Part shown: in pieces, positions 1-12,066 of the stretch
Position numbering within the stretch: the stretch's first letter is position 1
Layout of the letters: each line of letters begins with the position of its first letter
Source: Selaginella moellendorffii
Lineage: Eukaryota > Plantae > Lycopodiophyta
Reading direction: 5' to 3'
Assembly (NCBI RefSeq): GCF_000143415.4
Contig: NW_003314309.1
Span: forward strand, 260,300 to 324,299
Length of the DNA stretch: 64,000 nt
Program-made: the position numbers and the translations under genes
Notes under the pieces: generated by a model
Database searches by the model: none
What the model was told of the DNA's origin: nothing
Seen by the model: the letters and a program-made list of their open reading frames with translations, nothing else

Positions 1-340
1 CCAGAGTTAGTGAAGTTGGTCTCTTGTGATCCCGCATCTGATTGTGATGTCCCTTTGCAGTGTCGATGGAAAAGTCAATGCACACCAAACTGTAGAATCT
101 TGGAGCAAAATAACGGTCGGATCTATGGCAAATGCCACTGAAACATTGTAAGGCTCGTGTGGTCTCATGTGGTGTCCGATCGAGATGCTTCTTTGCAGGG
201 TCATCAAGAAGAACATTGTATACCATTCTTTATTTAGCTGAACATCTGGCATTTTTGGAAATACAAGATGCTTTGGAATATCCAATCATGCATGGTATAA
301 ATATAGCGAGGGTATTAAATGATATCCCAATCATGATCTT

Positions 341-690
341 TCTTTTGGATTTCGCGTGCATGCAGTCCGAGGAATGATGACGTTGCGGATTTCTTTTGGA
401 TTTCACGTGCATGCATGCGCGCGGCGATCCAGAAATTAATGGTGGCGCCCAAGTCCGAGGAATGATGACGTGGCGGGATTACCAACCGTCGTGACATTTC
501 GCGCGTGTGAGGTTAGGTTTTGCATTGTACTCGCGCTCGCACACTCGCGCTCGCATCTCGCTCCCACTCGCGATCACGCTCACATTCGTGCTCATCTACC
601 TTCTCTACAGGTTTCTCGTGTGCATCGGCGTCCACTCGCGCTTGCATCACACTCGCGCTCGCATCGCGCTCGTGTGCATCGGCGTCCACT
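341..690. promoter_or_regulatory. CpG-rich upstream region with direct repeats, RY/G-box-like motifs and an E2F-like site
   Basis: TCTTTTGGATTTCrCGTGCATGCA at 341 and ~392; AGTCCGAGGAATGATGACGT at 364 and 452; CACGTG 404-409 next to CATGCATG; TTTCGCGC 497-504; CACTCGCGCTCGCA repeats across 528-670. Confidence 0.45.
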
Positions 691-898
691 TCAAGACACA
701 CCCAGTTTGTAACTTCGCCGCCAACTCCGCCGCCCACTCCACCACCCACACGCAGCCCACTTGGCGTCCCGGGAGATTTCAGCACCACTCTCCAACTGTA
801 AGTGGCAGAGTAGCCTTACTGCTACGATCCGCTGCACACACAGTGCACATTCGCCAGCGAGTCCGGCCTCGATTGTCACCGCCTCCATTCGGCTTCAA

Positions 899-3800
899 AT
901 GGTAAGTCTTTTAGACGAAGTAGAAAATGGCATGAGGCCACATGCCATTCAGTAGCAACATTGGCATGCACCGATTGGGCTCTCGAGTGCAGTCCGGTTA
1001 CAGATGGCGTGTAGCCTCATGCCATCTTAGGATGCAGCCTCAAGACATCTGATGCAGTGGTGAATGGCGTGTGGCCTCACGTTATTTCCAGCTGCTAGCT
1101 TTTCATCTGTCAGCTCTAATTGTTGTGCATTTTTGAACAGGCGAGGAATTGCGTTCTTCTTCCAGCCACTGTCAATGTGGATGCAGAGAAGGGGGAGGAG
1201 CTCACCAGTTGGACTTTCGGGATGGAAGGCGAGGATCTGATGCTGTACAACACAGATGGTGGGAGAAAAGAATGCATGGGGATCCTCATCCAAGTGACAG
1301 ACACTCCATGCAGTTCCATGCAAGAATATGGACTGGCACTTGTGGTAGAGACAGCGTCCGCCTTCAAGATCCACCTTGCACATCCTAGCGGCTTCCCGGA
1401 GGGGGGCAGCGGCTATGAGGAATTCCTAGAGGGAGCTAGGGAGAGGTTGTCCAGGAGGCCCACAATTTCAAAGACGCTGCGGGTCTATGAAGATCACATG
1501 GAATCCACGGACCTCACCTACGGCGATGTTCAAAAACTATATTCCAACATTGAGCCGTTGAGAGTGCCTCCAGTTTGCGAAGCGAAGGGGAAGGGGGTCG
1601 ATCTGGAAACTACCCCGAAGCAGAAAAGGGTGGTCAAGCTTAAGCCGACGTCCGACTCTGCTGCTCCAAAAAAGAAGCTACTCGGTGATGCCATTGCCTC
1701 GGGTTCGAACACTACACCCACCAAAAAGAAGAGCCGCAAAGAGCAGAAAGAGCAAGAAGAGGCAGCAAAAATCGTCGCAGATAATAGTACTTGTTACTAT
1801 TCCAACAAAGTATATACAATCGACGTGAGCCGTTTCGAGATCCAAAGCAAATACAACCACAGGCTAGTATCTGATGAGTGGGTGGAGAAACTGAAGCAGA
1901 AGATGCTGGCAAGTCCAGTAACACCCGACATCGCAGACGTGATCCCCTACTACCGAACAATGAAGGGCGAGACGAGGTTTCCAGACTTGATCAATAGGAA
2001 GGTGTTGGACGATCAGAACATCCGGTTCTATGCCGTCTCCGGGCAGCATTCTAGCTTGGCGATGCAACAGATAGTTGTGGATATTATGGTGGGCGAGGAG
2101 GTGAAGAAAGTCTTCAAGACAAGAGTTGTCCGCCTGATAAAAGGCAACTCGCCCCTCCGATCTATCATATACATCTCCCACGCGCAGAATGTCAAGCAAG
2201 AAACGTGCTACAAATCGGGTCTGCACGAGACATTGGCACGAACACGGAAGCTCTGGGTTCAACTGAAGAAGCCACAAAAACCAGGACAAGGACGTGCACT
2301 AGCAACTAGCGCCTGGCAGGTAAGCCTCGTTGCATGTGGCATAGCATGTGGCCTCACGCCATTTCCATTGCAGGAATTCTCGAGTCTTCTCTCGAAAACA
2401 CTGGGGGTCAATGACACACTCAGCATCCATAACATTCTACTCGCGACAAAAGTTGTTTTTGACAAATGGGTAGATGTGCTAAGGAGGTACCATGACGGGG
2501 AGTTGCTAAACTCAATGGGTGTGGAGGACGGCCGGAAGCCCAATGATTTGAAGCTCAACGCCTTGCGTTTCTCGCGGTCTCTAGACGACGACGACCTTTT
2601 GACAGTGGCTAATGCTCTTCTACGTGGTGAGGTAGTCTTCAACAAGACCAAAATGACTCCCGGCCATATTGTGACATACGAGGACTTGTGCACGACTCTG
2701 AGAGCTCGTGCGCTATTGAAGGATTGGATCTTCGAGCAAGTGGCCGTGGCGAGGGTGAGCATCGACACCACGCAAGAGATGATGGAAGAGCTGGACTTGT
2801 CAAATGAAGACATCGACGAGTACGTGAAGGGGGCCCCCAAGTTCATCGATCTGCTGCGGGATGCCACGAAAAGTAAAGCTGAGAAGTTGGATCAGTATCC
2901 AAATTTCATTAAGAGGGATGTCGACCGCCGGCTTCAGAAACAGCTCGACCCCGCAGCAGAGGCCTATCGAGAACCTTACCGGGTATACGTGAATTCGGAT
3001 GAGGATCAAAGGTGGAGGAGCATCATTTCCCGCGGAGATGAGCAGGTCAAGAACATCTTTTGTGTGATGGACTTCACAAACGAGGAGATCACTCATGCAG
3101 ACGAAGTCAGCTCCATCATTGACTTAATGGTGGGACTTGCGGAGGTGGAATCTTCAGTCCACTATATGATCTACGACTCCGAATCCTATCACAAGTTCTG
3201 GAAGGCCTTGAACGAGGTGAAGGCTCGGTTGAAAGGCAAGGAGATGCGGGAGATCCATGGGATAATGGCTAAGAAGAAGATACCGACAAATGTCCGCATC
3301 TTCACAGTCGCCCTTGTTATTGGTCCTGCAGCAGAGTGGGACTGGAGTGACTTCCCAGCTTCGTTCAACAAAGCCGATCGAATTGATCTGAGGGAGGTCA
3401 ATTTACCCGTGCCTGAGGAACTGAAGACGGCTATGGAGCTTTCGAATCCAAAGAAAGCTCCAGGTGCAGCATGGGAAATGCTCAGCTGGGTCTTCAACGC
3501 AATAGCGGGTGACTCCAAGGGCAAATGCGTTGTCGAGTACAACTGCGGTGGACTATTCTTTCGAGCCGCACTACTCAAGGGTGTCCCGTGTGTTGCGGTG
3601 ACAAACTCCATTGAAGAGGTGACTTCAATGGAGCATATAATTACAGTTGCCAAAGAAAAACAGTATCTTCTCTACGAACCTGGTGAGTACGCACTTTAAG
3701 TTTAAATGTTATCTCACAAGCTCTGTATGCAGGAGCGTGGCCACCCCCAGATGCTGAAACGGCGTTAACAGCTACTGATGTTAGGCCGAGGTCACAACCT

Positions 3801-6489
3801 GCACAAGGTAAGGTCACGTGAGGCCTCACGCCATTTTGATTATAGATCGTTGTGAATATTCAGACACGAGGATTGAAAAGCGCACTGGTGGCGCGTCGAA
3901 GAAGGACAAACAGACAAGCAATAGGAAAAAAGGAGGTACAAATTATATTTGCAATGGCGTGTGGTCTCATGCCATTCCTTGCAGGAGACACTTCTTCAAA
4001 GGCAAAACAGGCAAGCACCAGCCAAGCTCAAACTGACAGTGGTCATAAAAAGCGAAAGCACGTTGGACAGTCGTCGGGATCAGAGGCGTTTGATTCGAAA
4101 AGGAAGAAGGGCAACGAAAAGATGATAGGTAATGCCTCGCGGTTATGGCGTGTGTGCTCATGCCATTCATTGCAGATCAAGGGCTGAGTGAAAGGAGCCA
4201 GTCACCACCTTCTGACTCAGATTCCTATGGCGGACTCCCCTTCCCCAATCTCAATGGAGAGGTACAATGGATGAGGGATGCTTTTCAAGTCAGGGCCACG
4301 TTTTTCTCATCTCGTCGTCTTCGAAGGGTGCAAGAACGTGCAGAAACCATGTTAAGACAGTCGGGTGAGGATACGGTCCTAGGTCACGCACTAAAACAGG
4401 CTATGGATGTCTTGTATTTTGAGATGGAGACTCGGCCAGATGATTTTTCCAAGATGGTCCTGGAAAAACAAGCAATCCAGCCTGAGCAGCCTATGGAAGA
4501 AATGCAAGAGGGGGATGAGGAGCCAGAGAAAGATAATGAGCAGGAAGAGCAGAAGGACGAAGAGGAGGACGAAGAAGAGGAGGACGAAGAAGAGGAGGAC
4601 GAAGAGGACTTGGATGGTCCTCACAATGGTGACGATCACAATAACGACGATGACGATGATGACGATGATGGCCAGCCTGAGGTGGCCAAAGAGCAGCGGA
4701 GGAAGGTCATACAAGACAAACCATCAGGTAAATAATAGTACATCCATTCCTAACCTTTTACCATTTCTAACATTGTCCATGTAGGTCGCAGAAGAAATGG
4801 TAAGTAGAGATTATTCAGTTGAATTAAGATACAAACTCTAGCCTTTAGTGTCGAGGAAGGATAGTGCCAAGCAAGGGTCGAAACGTATGTCCAATCCTTC
4901 AGAATCAGCAGTGCGCCCAAGTGATATCGGTCCTAGTTCCTCAATAGCAGTTGATGGTAAATACAGTATAGTCGATTCAATGTGCTAATGAGTTTGTTTT
5001 TAGTAGCACGGGAGGATACCATCTCAATCGAAGGGAGATATTTGGACATGCATATGGATCCGCCAGTGGACTCTACTTGCCTGCAAGAGTCATCAGAGCT
5101 GGTGGAGGCTACTATCCATATCAACGCCAAGCAAGCTGACCACGCTCCACTTGATGCTGCCCATACCACTGAGTCAATCTTGTCCACGTATCCAACTGAC
5201 GGTGACCAGGCGCCATTGGACCCGCATGAGGCCGCCCCAGCCGCCGAGCCGGTCGTATCCTCATTTCCAACGTGTGCCCAATCGTCTGACTACGCGCCGT
5301 TGGAACCTCCCTACACCGCCCCTGCTGCCTGTTCGGTCATGTCCACTTTGCCAACGGAGGCACCAGCTGAAATGGCGTGTGATCACACGCCATCGGAACC
5401 ACCCCATGCCACTGTTGAGCCAGTTGTACCAGAGTCTACAGCTGAAATGGCATGTGCCCACACGCCATCGGATGCGATTGACCCCACATTGCAGAGGAGA
5501 GTATTTCCGCCCTTCACGTTTCCTCGACCAAAACCCTCTGAACGACCATCGGGAGCACCATTCGCTAATATTGTAGATGGTAAAATTGACTTGTACCATT
5601 TTTTATGCTAACGCATTTCATTTCAGAGTCACGGCGAAAGTACTGTATCGTTTTTGATCTGAACGGTGTCCTTTTCTCCCATGAGCGTGGCTCGTCCTCG
5701 AATGTCACTGCACCCTCCAAAGCCTGCGGTCGCAAGTTGGTCAAAAGAGACAGATTCACATTAATCACACGGGAGAAACTGCGGGATCTAATAATGACCA
5801 TGCGACACTTAAAACAGAGGGCCGGGTTCAATTTGCAATTGGGAGTTTGGACATCCATGATGCGCCACAATGCATTAACGTTGCTACAGATGATGCACGA
5901 TCAGACGCGAGTAATATTACCATTTGACTTTCTCCTAACGCAGGAGGATTGCTTGACTATGGTCCATGTGAGGGGTAGCAAGCCCATCTTCGTCAAGGCA
6001 GAGGCTGTAGTGATGAACCGGACTGCTAGGTCAAGTGAAATCCTCATCATCGATGACTCGCCGATTAAAACTGCAGCGAACACGCACACATATGCAGTGC
6101 ACCCCATCTCTTGCAGTATGGAAACTAGGGAGAAGAAACCGTATGTTCTGGGGGACCTTGCAAAACGGCTTGAAGCGATGGTGATAGAGAACCGGCCAGT
6201 CCAGGAGGTGGCTGCAGAAATCAACCAAATGGCAGATGGAACGGTATATCAGAAGCCATTTGATCGGACAGACACCAGTCATCATTTATGGCATGTATAT
6301 TGTCTAGCCAAGCACTATCCGCATCTCCATAATCTGCTCAACCGGATGGGTTCTTCAACCACTGAACATGAGCGTGGACGTATTAGAGAAGAGATGGCAT
6401 TACTATTGGGTTTAAATCCTGATAGTGTGGAGAGTGATGAAATTCCAAGATTATTGTATAGGCGTTGGAGGCAAAAAATAACAGTCTGA
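899..6489 (+). CDS. Multi-exon gene: ParB/Srx-like domain + degenerate N6/N4-MTase-like fold + acidic/Pro-rich linker + FCP1/SCP-like HAD phosphatase (~1637 aa)
   Basis: Manual GT-AG model: exons 899-901, 1141-2319, 2374-3682, 3733-3807, 3846-3935, 3985-4128, 4176-4727, 4785-4799, 4849-4956, 5004-5579, 5627-6489, giving 4914 nt with no internal stop. It links ORFs 1120..3699, 4145..4735, 4982..5611 and 5605..6489. Motifs: NHRLVSDEWVEKLKQKM...FYAVSGQHS (ParB-like); CVVEYNCGGLFFRAALLKGVPCVAV (MTase motif-I-like); IVFDLNGVL, GVWTS, LTQEDC, ILIIDDSPIK (FCP1/NIF HAD). Confidence 0.7.
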
Positions 6490-6838
6490 GATGGCATGTA
6501 TTTATTTAAAAATGTAACTTATTATGGCATGGGGTTCCATGCCATTGTATTAATATTAAAAGACAATTCTTTGAGAGGATTTGCATTATACTAGAAGTGT
6601 TACAGCATGTTATTGGAAGTCTACGAAGTTGTTTTATTAATAAGGGGAAAGTAAAGATTGAATGGGGACTTGGGCTCCACCTAGACTCGGAGCAACTGAG
6701 CCAATATTAAAAGGATGGAAAGAAATTGGACGACAATGACAAGGAGAAGAGAGAGGTGAAGCAGTGGCAGGGGGAGGAGAAGTGATTGAGTAGACATTTC
6801 CTTGTTTAAAATAAAATGGCATGTGCCTCAATGCAATT
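926..6838. repeat. Dispersed ~24-bp palindrome ATGGCRTG-N6-CAYGCCAT (about 12 copies)
   Basis: Copies at 926-949, 1003-1026, 1063-1086, 2341-2363, 3813-3835, 3953-3976, 4145-4167, 5371-5394, 5446-5469, 6524-6546, with degenerate copies at 6815-6838 and ~153-172. The spacer is constant at 6 bp and is usually TGGCCT-like. Confidence 0.9.
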
Positions 6839-9800
6839 GAATTTTGTTATATTTATATACTATATAAAGGTTTGGAAACCTTATTTTACAAGTGGGATAA
6901 TGACAATTCCCACTTTAACGAAATAGAGCTTTTGTGCTTTGGAACTTTTAATTCTGACTTTCTTGAAGTCAATTTCCTAGGTGTCTCCGACACCTTGCAT
7001 TGCACATATTGTGCAAATCTACTTCCTCATCCTAGGAAGTTCTCCATTTGAGGGCACCATCATCCTCCGTTCGATTTCATGCCACCTTTGGGCACTGAGT
7101 TCCAGTTATCATATTTTGTGCTAGGGCTGTCCACGGCCCTATCATTTGGCTACTTTGCCGCTCCCTCACTTGGAGCTTTTACTTCGCTAAATTGGAGCAC
7201 TTAGGAATCCATCCTGGGAAGTCCACTTCCTTTCCCACAAGCCGTTAGCATCAAACACATTAGTGTTCCTTGGCTAACTTTGCCATTTGGATCCCTTCCA
7301 TTAAATTCCATGGCCCAAACTTGGCCACTAGTCCTTTGCTCCTATCCTTGATTGTTGCACCCAGCAACATAGGATTGCTACCTCCATTTTTGAGGTATCC
7401 TTTCGGTTCCATAGCAAAGACTCTTCTTTGCTAAGTCCAAAAGATGTTCACCCTTAGTATGTCTCTTTAGCATCTTCTGCTATGGGCTCTATCCACGGCC
7501 CAACTTCGTGACCCTCCCATGGGTCTCTTATAGAAACTACCTTCCTCGGACTCACTATGCCATCGCACGGACACAGTTTATTTCCCTTAGGTGCTCTTCC
7601 CACTTGGTCATCATAACCAAGCCACACCACCTTAAACAGTTCAATTTCAACATTTTGAACCAGGAACTTCATTCCTTGGCCAACCAAGGACCTTGTCCTT
7701 ATTTGGCCATACGATCACCTAGTGATCTCACATTGGCATCTTAACAGAGTTGCCAAGATGTACTTGGTCTTCTAGACCTTCAAATTGTTGACTATAACCC
7801 CAGGGGCATCCCCCACACTTGGCGATGCACCCAAGCCAGCCCTTACGGCCAAGGGTTCATAGCAACTGAGATTAGGTGTCCCCATCTCACTCACCACGTC
7901 CTTGGTGCCCCTTGCACCAAAGCATTCAAGTTAGATATGCCAAGCTTTCACACTAAGCAATCTAACCGTGCATCACGACTCCGAGGCATCCCTCGCTTGG
8001 CAGTGTGCCCAAACCAGTCTCCACACTGAGAGTCCATGACCACCAAAATATGAGTGTCCTCATATTCCAAACCATCACCATGCCTTAGTGATTTGGGATT
8101 CGAACCCAAGCACTAGAGGGTTGGGACTCGAACCCAACCTCCGTATATGCATCTACGGACGGCATCACACCGGATGCCTGGCGTGACTCCCCACGCCGGT
8201 GCACCAACTTATATTTAAAGCGCACCACAGATCACAGCTTAGGAACCTAGTTCCTCCACACTGCCAAGTCCTCTCACTTGACATGTCTGTGATCATGCAT
8301 GGACTCCTCCATGCTTGGCCCCATGGGCCACCCTTTTTGAAGTTAGCACCTTCAACTAGGGTATTTGTTCCCTTCGACTTGCCAATCTCACTTAGCAAGT
8401 CATCCGGCCACCGTAACATGGTTCATGCATAAGCGTGAAAGTCCTTAACCATCGACTTTCGTTCAAAGCCCTCTCTTTGAACACTCGGGAACTACTTCCC
8501 CAACCTTGATAGCCTCACCTCATGGCAAGCTTCAAGACCACGCTTCTGCTGCACCACTCTGATTTCGTGCGTTCTATGAACCATTTACACTTGGCTTTCT
8601 AGGTATCCAATTACCTAGAATTGTCTTTGGGAACCTTTCGAAGGAACTCTGTCCCTTTAGCTTGCTAAAACCTCTCCTTTCGCAAGCTTTTCAATTGCCA
8701 TATAGTCTAACATGGACAATCCCATGTTTTAGACTCTCCATGGCATCCCAGTCGCTAGTAACAACATGCTTGAGCGCCCACTTGATTCTCCACTCCCTAC
8801 TTGCTTAACCACCCTTGGTCATGCCTGTCAATTCCTATGGTTTGGTTCTATCCCTTTATTACTTGCCTTTTGGCCTCATACATTTCCTTCGATCATTCTC
8901 CTCCAAACTAGGAAGATAGCTTTGCACTTTCTACCATGCTTTGGCAAGTATTCATAGGAATGAACCTACCCGACAGCCTAGGAGTGGTTCCTCAATCCGG
9001 GTTTGCTCACCTTGTAATCCCATACCCTAGGATTACCGTTGCTACTTGTGGGCCTTTATATGCCCATCCCTAACCTTGCCAAAATCCCCTTTGGCTTTGT
9101 CCAATTTGGGTAGACGAACTTCTCCTGTCTCCACAACCTTGGACATTTGGATAGCACCTTCTATCCTTCATTCGCTAGGGACTTTGTCCCTTGGGCATTA
9201 TCCATTGCCCTCATGACACCAAACACCACCTTCTGGTGTTCTAGAGTGCTGGGTGTCCTAATGATGGCATCTTTGGCAATGAGCATTCCCTTTACGACAT
9301 TGACTTACTATCTCGCAGCATAAGCAATTTATCCCTCATAAGGGTACATCTAACTTCTTTACCCCAATAAAAGGTCTTAGGTAGATACGTTCTACCAGTT
9401 TAACCAATTACTTTGCACTTTTTGCTTAGTTGCCTCATAGTTGTCAAGTCCTCCAACTCATTGCTGGTGCTTCCGCACCCCCATCATTATCTAGGTCACC
9501 ACACTCTAACCGCATGCCTTCTAGCTTAGGCTATACCATTCCCATTTCCATTGGGATTCCTTTGGACGGGGTTCTCATGAACCCGCCAACTTGACCTCAA
9601 GGTAGCATGCCTTGGCACCTTCGGTGTCTCCACACCATCGGCTCCACGAGCCTACCTTTATGACACTTCTTACTTGTGTCTAGGTCTTTTTGCCATGACC
9701 AGTATGGTTACCTCTTATGCCAATTATCCATTAGCATTGCACCATAGAGTTTATGCATAACTTTGTGTCAAAGTTGTTTTCCTCCGGGAAACTCTTTCCC

Positions 9801-10666
9801 ACAACTTTATCATGGCACCTTCTGCTATCAATGAGATACCTATTGTTCTCATACTTGGATCTTAAGCTCCTACCCATCCTTCATGGGGTACCACACACCT
9901 CAGTCCAAATGTTTCCATCAATCCCTTTGGATTATTCCTTGACTCTATTGGAGTCATTTAACTTTTTGGACTTTGCTAATCCGATGACCGATGAGGTCCT
10001 ACTTGTGAGGTGCTAGCTCATTGGAATACAACTCCTTGTATTCATGTCCTACTCACAAGGACCATCTTTGCAAGTGTTACTCCGACACTTGATTTGTTCT
10101 CTAGAGGCAACCTTTTACCCCTTAGGACCACCTGTCCATGTGATGAGAATACCAACTCATCCACTTAGTACACCCCCAACTCCTTGGGTTGTTCTAGCAT
10201 TTATTAGAGGTAGCCTCGGCTACCATTTCAAGGACTCGTGTCCTCATCCATGCTTGACCTCTCACGGTCACCCATTCCGGTCTCACCTTCATGAGCACCA
10301 GCCTCAACTATGTAAGGATAATCTTGTGACTCCTTTATTGTTTTTGGAGTCTCTATCTTCCCCGTGATCCCAACTATAGTTGTTTACCACAACTATATTA
10401 GCCAGTTTGCTGAGTCAAACGCTCATCTAGATCACCCCCTCAACTAAATGAGGAAAACCTTGCACTGTTCCCAAGATCCCAAAGTCATTCCATTATTGGC
10501 CCTTTTCTATCCACCACCTTGTCTACAAGTTCACACATGAACTATAATGGAGAACCATGTCTTCCCGACCTGCTACTCCTCAAGGATAGGCCCACTCCTC
10601 AGACCTTCCGTTGCCAACACCAGTGGTGATATGCTTGAGCACCAATAAAAGTTGGACTAAGGAACA

Positions 10667-10678
10667 GCTCTGATACCA
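10667..10678 (-). other. Primer binding site (tRNA-iMet)
   Basis: The minus strand reads ...CTTACA ATT TGGTATCAGAGC. Confidence 0.9.
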
Positions 10679-11689
10679 AATTGTAAGCGACTAATTTTTT
10701 TCATTTTACTTTAGTCACTTAACCACACCTCTGACCACTTGGAGGAGTCTCATTCACAACCTCCATAAGTCCCAGTTAGGACTTGGGGCATGCTAGCCCC
10801 GAGAATGGCATCCATGCCACTCAACCTTTGCACTTAGTCCAAGTGCTCCACGTGTCCAATCCCATGACCGACACCCCAAGGTACCCCCGACATATTGGCC
10901 CGTTACGCTAAGGCCATGCCTATTCACCTTGGTCACACCTTTGGTCTAACGCCACCGACATCATAGTCCCGTCTCTCAAAGACTGGGCCATCCGTCCGTG
11001 AGTGATCATCCCAGATCCACTCCTTAGCATCCCTGGGATGCCTGCAGATATGGGGAATAGCCTTCCCCGACATCTCTTTTTCAGTCCCCACCAAGTCCCT
11101 TCTCGTCCATGGCCGTGTTCGCCAACACTGCCACTGGATCAAGGCCCGCAGGCCCGACCACTAAGTCCCACTATCCTTTGGGACTTCCTCACCATATGAC
11201 CGTATCCTTGGTCACTGCATTAGAGGCCTACTCCTCTTCCCTTTCACCATTTGGGACTTTGGGACAACATTTCGGAACACCATGGCCCTACGCGGGCCTC
11301 ATGGGTACTCTCCCCGCCTTTCGCCTTTAGGTGCTCTAGCCATAGGCTTAGAGCGAGGTTCCGTTGAGCCACGACAGGTATCCAAGTAGGTAGTGCCACC
11401 CACACTTGGACTGGGAGCATCGGCCAGTCGATCTCCCGGGGGAACTAGAGCCGGCTCTTGAACACTTCACCAAGCTACCCCGCTTGTCAGTCCATGTTCA
11501 CTCTAGTCTTGGACTTCCCGGTGGGCAGCTCATCACCCAGCACTGGGTCCGGCCTTCCTGGGCCAAACTAGCCTTTCCTGGCCAAACTGGCTCCACTGCA
11601 ATCCTCCCCCTACTATACTTTTGGAGCTCACCAAACCCCCCAGGGTCTGGGAGACGAACGCTTTGGGCTTTCACCCTCTCAAACTTGAA

Positions 11690-12066
11690 CTCAGACTTGG
11701 ACTCAGACTCGGACTCGGACTCGGACTCGGACTTGGACTCGGACTCGGGCTCGGGCTTGGTCTCGGCCTCGGTCTCAGTCTTGGTCCCGATCTCGGTCTC
11801 GGTCTCGGTCTCGGTCCCGGTCTCGGTCTCGACTTCGGACTCCATCTCGGACTCCATCTCGGGTCCATCTCGGACTCCATCTCGGACTCCATCTCGGACT
11901 CCATCTCGGGTCCATCTCAGACTCCATCTCGGGTCCATCTCGGACTCCATCTCGGACTCCATCTCGAGTCCATCTCGGACTCCATCTCGGACTCCATCTT
12001 GGGTCCATCTTGGGTCCACTTCGGACTCCACTTCGGACTCCACTTCGGACTCCACCTTGGACTCTT
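11690..12066. repeat. Compound 6-/12-bp tandem repeat array inside the LTR
   Basis: (GGACTC)n grades into (GGTCTC)n, then (CTCCATCTCGGA)n, then (CTCCACTTCGGA)n. Confidence 0.95.

Noticed and set aside
926-1086. Spaced palindromic repeats resembling a CRISPR array
   Set aside because: Spacing is irregular, the context is a eukaryotic intron, and there are no cas genes.
3000-3650. Calling the MTase-like region an active 4mC/6mA methyltransferase
   Set aside because: Neither the (D/S/N)PPY motif nor a canonical FxGxG motif is intact. Only a degenerate fold can be proposed.
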